A DNA stretch of 64,000 nt from a virus, in the IMG/VR virus record IMGVR_UViG_3300042261_001117, positions 1 through 64,000 of that record. One strand, given 5' to 3'. Position 1 is the first letter of the stretch, and each line of letters starts with the position of its first letter. Shown here in pieces: positions 1 through 9,405 of this stretch. A program made the translations under genes and the position numbers. A model generated the notes under the pieces. That model made no database searches. It was not told where the DNA came from and saw only the letters and a list, made by a program, of their open reading frames with translations.

Positions 1-590
1 CGTTCTCGCTGGTGGGCTGGCTGCCGAACGCGGTGGAGTGGGGCTGCGAGCCGTACGACATGCGGACGACGCTGCTGCACGGTCCGAACGCGCAGGTCGT
101 TCCGCGTGGGCAGCCCGGCATCCACGAGGGCAAGAAGGGGCGCTACAGGTCGATCCCGTTCCGCCACTACACGCCGGGGTCGAGCGGGTACGAGGGCTCC
201 GTCATGGGGATGCCGTACGAGCAGATGCTGGGGCCCGACGCCGCGCGAAAGCTCGGTCAGCAGGTCTACAACACGATGCGCGCGCGCGTGGCCGCAGCAA
301 AGGCGAGCGGCTCCGCGAGGACCGTGCGGCTTCCGGCGTCTGCTGGCGGGCCACTGCTTCGCCCGCACCACACGACCGGCATCTACACCGGCATGGTCCG
401 TCCAGAGCGCGCGTACAAGGGCACCACGCAGGGCTTCTACCAGACGTTCCGCACCATCTCGGACGGCAACCCGGTGGGGTGGATGCACCCGGTCATCGAG
501 CCGCAGGGGCTGATGATGGACACGGTGTCGTACCTCGAGCAGACCGCGGGAGCCACGCTCGTGGAGATCATGACCGCAGGTGACGCATGA
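1..590 (+). CDS. Virion neck/head-tail protein, 5'-truncated by window edge
   Basis: Open frame from the window edge; 'RYRSIPFRH' and 'FRTIS...WMHP' resemble neck proteins of SPO1/Twort-like myoviruses; lies upstream of sheath. Confidence 0.5.
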   Translation, partial: FSLVGWLPNAVEWGCEPYDMRTTLLHGPNAQVVPRGQPGIHEGKKGRYRSIPFRHYTPGSSGYEGSVMGMPYEQMLGPDAARKLGQQVYNTMRARVAAAKASGSARTVRLPASAGGPLLRPHHTTGIYTGMVRPERAYKGTTQGFYQTFRTISDGNPVGWMHPVIEPQGLMMDTVSYLEQTAGATLVEIMTAGDA

Positions 591-1279
591 ACGACGGCGT
601 CGACAAGATCGTGGCGGACTACCTCGAGCGCGTGAAGGTCACGCTGCTGACCGACGACGCGCTGTGGACGCGGCTGCTCGGGCGGTCGCTCGACGCGGCA
701 ACGATCGCGGTGGTGCGGGACTCGTTCCGCGGCGCGAAGGAGCACGTGGCCACGCCCACGGTGGTGCTGGCGTACCCGCGCAGCCGCCAGCCGTGGCCCG
801 TGTGGTGCGTGGTCCTGCTCGAGGACACGCCCGACGAGGAACTGCTCGGAGAGAGCGAAGGCATCGAGCGGGACGACGAGACCGGCGAGGACGTCGAGGT
901 GCAGACGATCGTGAGCCGCCAGACGGTGGCGATCATGGTCATCGACAACCGCAACCCGGACATCGCTCGGTGGCAGTCGATGCTGGTGAAGCGCGCGATG
1001 ATGATGGGGCTCAACGAGATCCTCAGCGACGAGGAGAACTCCGTCAGCGGGATGTACTTCAGCGGAATGGGCGACATGCCTCCGATGCCGTGGCTGCCGG
1101 AGGAACTGTACGGGCGCACGCAGCGGTGGTCGTTCGTCGTCGCGGAGAGCGTCGCGAGCGGCTACGACGGGCTGGTGCGCGGGCCTCTGTACGTAGGAGC
1201 GGAAGGCTTCGTCCTCGACGAGGATGGTGAGGTGACCGGCGGCGGGCACGCGTACAGCACCCGCGAGGACGAGGAGTAG
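587..1279 (+). CDS. Putative tail terminator/completion protein
   Basis: 230 aa, ATGA overlap with previous gene, immediately upstream of sheath; assignment from synteny. Confidence 0.45.
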   Translation: MNDGVDKIVADYLERVKVTLLTDDALWTRLLGRSLDAATIAVVRDSFRGAKEHVATPTVVLAYPRSRQPWPVWCVVLLEDTPDEELLGESEGIERDDETGEDVEVQTIVSRQTVAIMVIDNRNPDIARWQSMLVKRAMMMGLNEILSDEENSVSGMYFSGMGDMPPMPWLPEELYGRTQRWSFVVAESVASGYDGLVRGPLYVGAEGFVLDEDGEVTGGGHAYSTREDEE

Positions 1280-1289
1280 GCGCCGGGGC

Positions 1290-1318
1290 TTGTGCCAAAC
1301 CGGCGCTGTGGGTAGAAT
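1290..1318 (+). promoter_or_regulatory. Sigma70-like promoter TTGTGC-17-TAGAAT for the tail operon
   Basis: -35 at 1290-1295, -10 at 1313-1318, in the intergenic gap before sheath. Confidence 0.6.
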
Positions 1319-1344
1319 CGAGCGGACACGCGGAGGGACAGGCC

Positions 1345-3381
1345 ATGCCGGAGCAGTTCGTCATCAACGGAGTCGGGTCGTACGAAGAGGGCGTGCGCAC
1401 GCGTGCGGACTTCAGCGCTCTCGAGGGCGCGGGCACCGCGACGAAGGGCACGGTCGGGCTGCTCATGGAAACCTCGCGCGGCGGGAAGCCCACCACCGGG
1501 CAGGAGATCACATCGGCTGCGACGCTGCGGCGGCTGATCCCCGAGCCCTACGCGACGTACCTCGAGAAGACGCTGTTCGCGCCGGGCAAGCAGAGCGACC
1601 GCATCCCCATGGGCGCACAGAAAATCATCTTCGTCCGCGTCAACAAGGCGGAGCAGGGGACGCTGACGCTGGTCAACGACGACGGCGACGCGGTCGACCT
1701 CAAGAGCGCGGACTACGGGCTGTACGCCAACGACATCCTCGTGACCGTCGCGAACGGCACCAGCGTCGGCCGCAAGGTCACCGCCGTGCTCGGAAGCGTG
1801 ACCGAGGTGGTCGACGACGCTGGCGACCTCGACGCGCTGCAACTGAAGTTCACGGCGCCGGACACGCCCGGGTACACCGTGCTGGGCATGGTGGCGACGG
1901 TCGACCCGGACGTGGGCGTGCAGGTCGACTTCGACCTGCGGCACGCAGACAACAGCACGTGGGACTGGACCGCCGCCAACAACAAGATGGCCATCGACGG
2001 CCCGCTGACGATCACCATCGAGCACACCGAACTGGCCAACAAGGTGTTCGTGGTGACCGGGCGCAACAAGGCGAACGGCGCGGTCACCGTCGAGAACGTC
2101 CAGATCGACGCTGGGCTGAAGACCGAGACGTCGCTCACCGAGTGGTCGGAGATCACGTCCATCGAACTTCCGGACCTGCTCGACGGCGGCAACAACAACC
2201 GTGCGGAGTTCACCGGGCACGCGTTCGACCTGCCGGTCGCGACGTACGACACCATCAGCAAGGTCGCAGCGCGCGTGGCCACGAAGGCCGCCGCTGGCTT
2301 CACCGCCACGCTCAAGACCGCCAAGACGTCGTTCCTCGTGTCGGACCTCGACAAGGCGAGCGACCAGACCATCGTCGGCGGGCACACGTTCACCGCGGAC
2401 CTCTACGACTTCATCGAGGACGTGAACGCCGGTCTGACGCTGATCACCGCGGAGCGCGCGGCGTCGGTCACCGCCGCGGGGCTGCCGAACACCATCGGCG
2501 AGACCGCCATGGCGGGCGGCAACGACGGGCTGTACGACGACGGCACGTCGTGGACCGACGCGCTGAAGGAACTGAAGAAGTGGGGCAAGTCGCTGCTGCT
2601 CCCGATGACGGCCGACGCGGGCATCCTGGCGTCTTGCCTCGACCACTGCGTCTACATGTGGGGACGCGGGAAGTACGAGTGCGCGATGTTCGCGGCTCCG
2701 CCCGCGCAGACGGACCTGACCGGAGAGGACGACGACAACCTCTACGCGAAGACGAGGGCGTTCAACAGCGAACTGGTGACGTTCACGCCCCAGGAGATCA
2801 AGCTCTACGATCACAACCGCGTGGCGCAGTGGCTGTCGCCGATGTGGACGGCGGCGCTGGCGTGCGGCTGCGAGGCCGGGCGCTCGCCGGACTACGGGCT
2901 GACGCACGCGTACGTCGACGTGGTCGACTACCGCGACAACCCGGACGGCGACTCGCCGTGGACGGTCGAAGACCAGACCGAGGAACTGCTGGGGCACGGG
3001 TGCTTCGTGCTCGAGCGCAACCTGTCGACCGGCGGGGTGCGGTGGAAGCGCGACGTGACCACGTACCAGATCGACTCGAACCCGATCAAGTCGTCGCTGT
3101 TCGCGATGACGCAGTTCGCGCTGTCGACGCGCGACCTTCGCGAGTGGCTGGAGATCCAGATCGGCAAGGCGCAGTGGACGGGGTCGCGCAAGGACGTCGA
3201 GAAGCTCGCGCGCCAGAGGCTGGAGTACCAGATCGGCGCGAAGATGATCAAGGCGTTCAAGCCCCGCACGGTCAAGGCGATCGACCTGGGCAACGGCTTC
3301 CGCGTCGACTGGCACGTGGCGCCCGCGGAGACGACGTACTTCATCGAAGCGGTCGCGCACCCGATGCGCATGCCGTCGTAG
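1345..3381 (+). CDS. Contractile tail sheath protein
   Basis: 678 aa, GGAGG SD; 'LKSADYGLYANDI', 'MAGGNDG', 'RWKRDVTTY' sheath-like segments; precedes tube-sized gene. Confidence 0.85.
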   Translation: MPEQFVINGVGSYEEGVRTRADFSALEGAGTATKGTVGLLMETSRGGKPTTGQEITSAATLRRLIPEPYATYLEKTLFAPGKQSDRIPMGAQKIIFVRVNKAEQGTLTLVNDDGDAVDLKSADYGLYANDILVTVANGTSVGRKVTAVLGSVTEVVDDAGDLDALQLKFTAPDTPGYTVLGMVATVDPDVGVQVDFDLRHADNSTWDWTAANNKMAIDGPLTITIEHTELANKVFVVTGRNKANGAVTVENVQIDAGLKTETSLTEWSEITSIELPDLLDGGNNNRAEFTGHAFDLPVATYDTISKVAARVATKAAAGFTATLKTAKTSFLVSDLDKASDQTIVGGHTFTADLYDFIEDVNAGLTLITAERAASVTAAGLPNTIGETAMAGGNDGLYDDGTSWTDALKELKKWGKSLLLPMTADAGILASCLDHCVYMWGRGKYECAMFAAPPAQTDLTGEDDDNLYAKTRAFNSELVTFTPQEIKLYDHNRVAQWLSPMWTAALACGCEAGRSPDYGLTHAYVDVVDYRDNPDGDSPWTVEDQTEELLGHGCFVLERNLSTGGVRWKRDVTTYQIDSNPIKSSLFAMTQFALSTRDLREWLEIQIGKAQWTGSRKDVEKLARQRLEYQIGAKMIKAFKPRTVKAIDLGNGFRVDWHVAPAETTYFIEAVAHPMRMPS

Positions 3382-3405
3382 CGCTGAGAGAGCAGGAGGG
3401 TCACC

Positions 3406-3849
3406 ATGGGACAGACCGCGGGCAAGAAGTTCCTGACCGGCGCGCGCGCGACGGTGAAGGTCAACGGCAACGAGATCGGTCGGGCGGTCGGCATCAACGT
3501 CGACTACCAGATGAACCGCGCGCCGGTGGAGACGCTGGGCGACCCCTACGCGGAGGGCTTCCCGCTGCTCGGCGTGGCGGTGAACTTCACCGTGGATGCG
3601 GTGAAGATCAACATCCTCGACGAGGACTGGGCGGCGAAGGGGTACATCCCCCCCGTCGAAGCCGCGGAACTGCTCGACTGGGACGAGGTCGAGTTCGTGG
3701 TGCAGGACAAGTTCGCCGACGTCACGCTGTTCACGATGAAGCACTGCGCGCCGAACGGCTACGGCTTCAACGTGCAGGCGCGTACCATCGGCCACGAGAA
3801 CGGGCGCTGGGTCGCCCGTGAACTGCACTTCGGCAGCCAGACCGAGTAA
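3406..3849 (+). CDS. Tail tube protein
   Basis: 147 aa after sheath, AGGAGG SD; 'LTGARATVKVNGNEIGRA...PVETLG' tube-like N-terminus. Confidence 0.8.
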   Translation: MGQTAGKKFLTGARATVKVNGNEIGRAVGINVDYQMNRAPVETLGDPYAEGFPLLGVAVNFTVDAVKINILDEDWAAKGYIPPVEAAELLDWDEVEFVVQDKFADVTLFTMKHCAPNGYGFNVQARTIGHENGRWVARELHFGSQTE

Positions 3850-3869
3850 CGACGCGCCGGGAGGAGCAC

Positions 3870-4391
3870 ATGACGAAGGACCGGGGTGTGGGCGCACCCG
3901 AGACGCCGGACCTGCAGGCGCTGATGCGCAAGCAGACCACCGACCAGAGCGCGGTGAAGGACGCGGAGGACGCCGCGCGTGCGGACCGCTACGCGGTGAA
4001 CGTCGAGTACGAGGCGCGGCACGGCGGCATGACGCTGCGCGGGCTGTTCGAGTTCCGCGCGCTGTCGGTGGCGGACCTGCACGTCGTCGGCATGAACCGT
4101 GCGGGCCTCGCAGGCGGCAACGAGTGGGCGCTGCTCACTCCGGGCGAGCGCGAGATGATCCAGGCGCTGGCCACGCTCGATCGGGCGCTGACGAAGAGCC
4201 CCGCGTGGTACGACCCCAAGGGCCAGAGCATGCTGCTTGGCCGAGACCTCTACGCCGGGCTGTACGAGGCGTACACGGCGTGGGACGCCGGTTTGTTTCG
4301 AGTCGTCGAAGCGCCGGGGGCTGGTGCGGAGAAACGACCCGCTCTGGTCATTGCTCCGGCACTGGGCGAAGTCCACGGGACGGCCGGTTGA
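3870..4391 (+). CDS. Tail assembly chaperone (gpG-like)
   Basis: Between tube and tape measure; contains TTT CGA at 4296-4301. Confidence 0.7.
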   Translation: MTKDRGVGAPETPDLQALMRKQTTDQSAVKDAEDAARADRYAVNVEYEARHGGMTLRGLFEFRALSVADLHVVGMNRAGLAGGNEWALLTPGEREMIQALATLDRALTKSPAWYDPKGQSMLLGRDLYAGLYEAYTAWDAGLFRVVEAPGAGAEKRPALVIAPALGEVHGTAG

Positions 4392-4539
4392 GAGCGCGGT
4401 GCCTGCGCTCGTCGTGGAGTGGTTCTTCGCGACCGCGACTGACGAGCAGTTCGAGGCCATGGCCGAGGCTGGGCTGATCGACTGGACGCCCAACGGCGGC
4501 AAGACCGGCGACCCGTGGTTCGACGACTTCGGGAAGTAG
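4297..4539 (+). CDS. Tail assembly chaperone frameshift extension (gpT-like, +1 frame)
   Basis: +1 frame stays open to TAG 4539 with no good independent start; ends 'KTGDPWFDDFGK' just before tape measure. Confidence 0.6.
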   Translation, partial: FESSKRRGLVRRNDPLWSLLRHWAKSTGRPVESAVPALVVEWFFATATDEQFEAMAEAGLIDWTPNGGKTGDPWFDDFGK

Positions 4540-4549
4540 GGGGCCCGCC

Positions 4550-6655
4550 GTGGCTGATCGCACCATCCGAACAACGCTGAAGATCGACGCGGACGACAGC
4601 CGCCTCGTGGGGCTGGAGCGCCGCCTCGACTCGATCACGTCCAAGGCAGGCGCGGCGACGAACGCGGTGAGCGACGTCGGCGGCACGGGCGGTGGCGGAA
4701 CGAGCGGCGGAAGTGGCTCAGGAAGCGCGACGACTGGCGGGGTGGCGGTCGGTGATGGCGAGAAGCGCACTGTGCGGCCCACGCGCGAACCTGACGCGTC
4801 TGGTGGCGCATCCGGTGGCGGACCTGCGGGCGGTGGTGCGGCAGGGCGGACAGGCGGTGGCGGCGGCGCAGACCTGCCGATGACCGCGGGGTTCCTCGGG
4901 CGCATGTTCCGCGAGGGCGGGTGGCTGGCACGAACGCTCGGGCTCGATCCCACCGCAGTGCAGCCGGACATCCGACCGCCGGGCTCCGGTCCGGACGACT
5001 GGGGCTACTCCAAGAACGCCATGGCAAGGATCGATCGGATCGAGCGCGCACGTGCTCGACTGCTTGGCAGCGGAGGCGGCGCAGGTCGCGGCGCAGGCGG
5101 GCTCGCGGGGCTCGGGATCGCTGGAGCGCTTGGGTACCAGACGCTCAACACCGTGACGGAGTCGATCGCGGACCTGTACCGCGCCGACGTGCCCATGGCG
5201 CAGGGGCTCTACTCCGGCTCCGCGACGGCGGCTGCGCAGTCGGCTGTCCAGTACCAAGCGCAGCGGGAGATGGCGATCCGGCATGCGGGCATCGGCGGGA
5301 TCGGCGGCGCTGCATCGACCGTAGCCATGGGCGTCGGCGGTGCGTCGGTCGCTGGCGCGGCGGTGGCGGGTGCTGCGATCCCGGGCGTCGGCGTGGCGCT
5401 GCTGGCCATCGGAGCGCTGACGAAGTCGCTCACCGACCTCGCGAACGCGGCGGCAGACTCCAAGACGCAGGTCGAAGCCGCGAGGCGGTCTGCGGCGATC
5501 AGCCTGTTCGAGGAGATCCACGGTCGGCGTGTCGGGCTGGCGCAGAACGAGGCCAGCTTGATGGGGTTCGCGCGGAATGCAGCGGGCGCTGAGATGCTGC
5601 ATGGCAGGTTTGGCGGAGACGAAACCACCAGCCCGGTTGCACGTGCTGCGAAGCGGCTGTTGATGGACCCGAACGTGCTCGCCGGTCGGATGCGGTCGTT
5701 CATCGGCGCTGGCGCACAGGCGGAACACGATCCGTTCCGCGCTGCGGCGCTCGAGGTGCGCGACAAGGTCAGCATGGAGTCGCAGGCGCGCTACCTGCGG
5801 ACGTTCCAGCGCGGCGAGGGCGCGACCATCGGCGGCGGCGGCCCGCAGCAAGAGCAGGCCATGCTCGAGGGCGTGGTCAAGACGGCGTTCGACGCGGGGC
5901 TCACGAAGCACCGCATCGGCGACTACCTGGGAAGGATCGCGCAAACGAACGAGGCCATGGCAGATCGCGGGCTGATCGTCGACGAGCGAGTGGCAGAGCG
6001 GTCCAGACGCGGGCTGATCGGCGCTGGTCTGACCCCCATGCAAGCGCTCGGCGCGCAGACCAACGTGGGCGGTCTCATGCAGGAGGAAATGGGGTCGCTG
6101 GTGGATCTGCGGATGCCCATGTCGCGCGTGAAAGCGTTGATCCGTCAGCAGGCTCTGCGTCAGTTCGGCGGCGTCGACGAGGCCATCGCTGGCATGGAGA
6201 AGCTGAGCGGCGACCGGGACGCATCGCTGACGTTCCTTCGAAACGCTGGTGCTGGTCTCGACGCGACGCAACTCAAGCTGCTGATGTCGCAAGGCGCTGG
6301 CGTGTTCCCGTCGCTCGGCGGCAAGCTCGCAGCGTACACAGCAGGCGCCGATCGCGGAGCGGGCCCGTCCGGAGAAACGATGGTCGGACGTGCGCATCGA
6401 TTCCTGCGTCAATCGCTGGGCTTAGACACAACTGAAATGCTCAGTCAGAAGGTGGTGTCAGAGAACGTCAAGACGTTCGGGCTGACGCCGGAAAAGATCG
6501 CGGAGAACATGGACATGTTCAACAAGATCATACGCATGTCGGTCGAAAACCTGCGCGACTACCCGCCGGAGGAGATGTTCCGCACGCTACGTGAGGCCAT
6601 CGACACGTTCGCCGCGGACAGCCGGTCGCGCCCGCTCGACTACAGGCCGGAGTAG
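4550..6655 (+). CDS. Tape measure protein
   Basis: 701 aa, Ala/Gly-rich with hydrophobic central segment; canonical position after chaperones. Confidence 0.7.
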   Translation: MADRTIRTTLKIDADDSRLVGLERRLDSITSKAGAATNAVSDVGGTGGGGTSGGSGSGSATTGGVAVGDGEKRTVRPTREPDASGGASGGGPAGGGAAGRTGGGGGADLPMTAGFLGRMFREGGWLARTLGLDPTAVQPDIRPPGSGPDDWGYSKNAMARIDRIERARARLLGSGGGAGRGAGGLAGLGIAGALGYQTLNTVTESIADLYRADVPMAQGLYSGSATAAAQSAVQYQAQREMAIRHAGIGGIGGAASTVAMGVGGASVAGAAVAGAAIPGVGVALLAIGALTKSLTDLANAAADSKTQVEAARRSAAISLFEEIHGRRVGLAQNEASLMGFARNAAGAEMLHGRFGGDETTSPVARAAKRLLMDPNVLAGRMRSFIGAGAQAEHDPFRAAALEVRDKVSMESQARYLRTFQRGEGATIGGGGPQQEQAMLEGVVKTAFDAGLTKHRIGDYLGRIAQTNEAMADRGLIVDERVAERSRRGLIGAGLTPMQALGAQTNVGGLMQEEMGSLVDLRMPMSRVKALIRQQALRQFGGVDEAIAGMEKLSGDRDASLTFLRNAGAGLDATQLKLLMSQGAGVFPSLGGKLAAYTAGADRGAGPSGETMVGRAHRFLRQSLGLDTTEMLSQKVVSENVKTFGLTPEKIAENMDMFNKIIRMSVENLRDYPPEEMFRTLREAIDTFAADSRSRPLDYRPE

Positions 6656-6658
6656 TCG

Positions 6659-8176
6659 ATGGCACTTCTGACGCCGGTCACATCGATCAAAGCCATCATT
6701 CGTCCGCACTGGCCACCGACGCGTGCGGTGGACGTCAGCCGGTACGTGACGTTCATGAGCCGGTCGAAGTCGCTGCTCGGCGATACGGTCGGGACGTGGT
6801 CGCTGTCGATGTTGTGCGAGTACCGCGGCGAAACGGATCGCTTCATCGAGTCAACAGTGCGCCCCGACGACTGGATCGACCTGATGATCAAGGTCGACGG
6901 CGTCGAGTCGTGGTGGACGGGCATGGTGGACTCCACTGGACGCGGGAAGGTGACGCAGACCGGCGACGGCGGGCTGGTGCGATCGTGGAGGCTGGCCGGG
7001 CGCGACTGGGCGAAGGCCATGGTGACCGGCTCGGTGAAGGTCGGGTGCATCTTCTCGTCGTCGCTGATCGTGCCGCAGCAAGACGCAAGCGGTGCGCTCA
7101 CTGATTCGATGTTCTCGTTGATCTCCGCATTGCCGAAAATCCCGGCAGCGCTGATGTCGGGCGAGGCGCTGTCGCCCGAACTACAGTCCGCACAGGAATT
7201 CATGACGCACCCGCGCATCCCGGGCGTCATCGACCAGCAGTTGTGGGACCAGATCGTCGCTGCGACGTTCACGATCGGGCGCAGCCCGTGGATTCCGATC
7301 GCGGCGGCGCTGGAGCTAGCGCTCTGGAAGCAGTGGCAAGACCCGGATGGTGTGTCGCTGCTCGAGAAGCTCGGAACCGACTGGCCGCGCTTCGGGAAGT
7401 TCGCGTCGCGCGAGGTCGAAGGCGAGGTGTGGCAGCTTCCGCAGTTGATGGAGCAGCGGGAATTGAGCCCGCACCAGATGCTGCAGAGCTACGGGAACCC
7501 CGCGTTCAACGAGGTGTTCTACGCCTACCGCGAAGACGACCCGCGGCGTCCGGCCATCGTTTTCCGCGAGCGCCCGTACGCCGGAGACGCGTGGCAGTAC
7601 CTCGTGGACCATCGAACGCGCGTCACCACCGTCGCGGAGTGCGATCCCAGCAGGTCTGACTCCGAGCGCATCACATACCGCATGCCCAGGTCGGTGATCG
7701 CGGGCATGAACGGCGTCGACCAACTGATCGACACGCGCGACGGGCGACTGCCCATGGTCGACATGAGCCAGATCTCGCGACACGGGCTGCGCACCGCCGA
7801 GCCCGCCGACGACTACAACATCCCCACCACGAGGGCGGACGCAGACCAACTGGCGTTCTTCATCGACCGTGCGAGGCGCTGGCGCATCTGGACGTTCAAC
7901 GCTCCGGAGTACCTGACCGGTACGGCGTCGCTGTCGCACGCGAACACTGCGGTGCGCATCGGGACCGCCGTCGAGCTACCCGTCGAAGCGACGTTCCGCA
8001 GGTTCGATGGCGTGATCATCGAGGCTCCGACCATCGTCGCGTACGCAGTGGGCGTCGACGAGCAGGTGCGCATCGACCCGCGCGGTGGCGGTGCGACCTC
8101 GAGCATGACGATCAGCTTCACGCGCGGGCAGCCGCTCGGCGGACTGCCGGTACCGAACGAGGACACGTGGCTGTGA
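6659..8176 (+). CDS. Baseplate hub-like protein
   Basis: 505 aa after tape measure; 'GTWSLSM', 'LAGRDWAK', 'PAFNEVFY', 'IVFRERPY' hub-like pattern. Confidence 0.6.
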   Translation: MALLTPVTSIKAIIRPHWPPTRAVDVSRYVTFMSRSKSLLGDTVGTWSLSMLCEYRGETDRFIESTVRPDDWIDLMIKVDGVESWWTGMVDSTGRGKVTQTGDGGLVRSWRLAGRDWAKAMVTGSVKVGCIFSSSLIVPQQDASGALTDSMFSLISALPKIPAALMSGEALSPELQSAQEFMTHPRIPGVIDQQLWDQIVAATFTIGRSPWIPIAAALELALWKQWQDPDGVSLLEKLGTDWPRFGKFASREVEGEVWQLPQLMEQRELSPHQMLQSYGNPAFNEVFYAYREDDPRRPAIVFRERPYAGDAWQYLVDHRTRVTTVAECDPSRSDSERITYRMPRSVIAGMNGVDQLIDTRDGRLPMVDMSQISRHGLRTAEPADDYNIPTTRADADQLAFFIDRARRWRIWTFNAPEYLTGTASLSHANTAVRIGTAVELPVEATFRRFDGVIIEAPTIVAYAVGVDEQVRIDPRGGGATSSMTISFTRGQPLGGLPVPNEDTWL

Positions 8177-9405
8177 TCCCGAGCCCTGGCGCCCGGCAAC
8201 GGCGCACCGGAGATGCGAGGCACGGAGCGGATCGCCGCGTGGCCATCGTGCTGGAGTCGTTCGACTCGAACTACTCGGGGCCCAGGTGGTACGACGGACC
8301 GACGTGCACGGTGCTGCTCGTCGACGAGCTATCCGAACTGCCGGGCGTGCTCATCCCGCCCAGGCACTCGGGCCCGCGCAACTGCGAGATGGTGCTGCCG
8401 GACGACACGACGGGGGAGGTGCTGGCGGCGTACCGGCTGGCCAAGGCGGGCGGCGGAGAGATGCCGAAGCTCGACGAGGCTGGCTGGGGCTCGCGCGTGG
8501 TGATCGGGTGGGTCGCGCGCGTGCCCGTCATCGACCAGTACCTGACGCACCCGTCGAGCCCGCGAAACCGCCTGCCGGTCGCGCGGACCGAGGACGCCGC
8601 GTCCAAGCCACGATCGATCATGGACCTGATGGCGGAGGCCGCGCGGCAGTGGACTCCGACCGCGTCGATCACGATCCCTGCGGACAAGATCAACGCGCAG
8701 GCGGTTCCACCGCCGAGGATTCCCGCTGCGTACGTGCGCGACCGAGTGCTGCGCGACATCTACGTGGGCGCGTGGACGTTCGGGTGGCTGAACGGCGCGG
8801 AGCGCGGCTACGTCGACGGCGTCACCGGCTCGACGAGCGAGCAGGAGCAGTACCAGTACGTCAACGCGGAGACGCAGGCGTTTGCAAGCGGCACGCGCGA
8901 CGGCTACGCGGCAGGGTACGATTACGGAAAAAGCATCGCGGCCGGGCGCGACCCGGTGAGCGACGCGCCCACTGCTCCCGCGCCGCCGCCGGAGCAGATC
9001 GAGAGCTACGACGAGGCGTCGGACGTCGACAGCGGACACGCGGTGGCGGCGGTGCCGGACGGGCGTGCGCGGGTGCTCGAGTACGCTGGCGCGCGCGTGC
9101 TCATCAAATCGACCGGCGAGGTGGTGATCGACTCGCAGAACCCCGACCAGCCCATTCGCATCCAGGCAGCATCGTCTGCGGGCGTTGTGATTTCGGCGGG
9201 GTCGAGTAAGATCCACGTGGTCAACGGCGTGGTGTCGATCGGCGATGGAGACGCGACCGAGCACGCGACGAAGTGGGAGTCGCTGAAGACGTACCTCACG
9301 TCGCTCGCGTCGTGGTGCAACACGCAGGTCTATGCATCGACGCCGACGTCGCCGACGCCGCAGCCCACTGACGGGCCGAGCGCTGGCAACACGAAGGTGA
9401 ACTGA
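8173..9405 (+). CDS. Baseplate central spike (gpV/gp5-like)
   Basis: GTGA overlap with hub; C-terminal short beta-strand repeats and a Pro/Thr-rich tip. Confidence 0.55.
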   Translation: MIPSPGARQRRTGDARHGADRRVAIVLESFDSNYSGPRWYDGPTCTVLLVDELSELPGVLIPPRHSGPRNCEMVLPDDTTGEVLAAYRLAKAGGGEMPKLDEAGWGSRVVIGWVARVPVIDQYLTHPSSPRNRLPVARTEDAASKPRSIMDLMAEAARQWTPTASITIPADKINAQAVPPPRIPAAYVRDRVLRDIYVGAWTFGWLNGAERGYVDGVTGSTSEQEQYQYVNAETQAFASGTRDGYAAGYDYGKSIAAGRDPVSDAPTAPAPPPEQIESYDEASDVDSGHAVAAVPDGRARVLEYAGARVLIKSTGEVVIDSQNPDQPIRIQAASSAGVVISAGSSKIHVVNGVVSIGDGDATEHATKWESLKTYLTSLASWCNTQVYASTPTSPTPQPTDGPSAGNTKVN

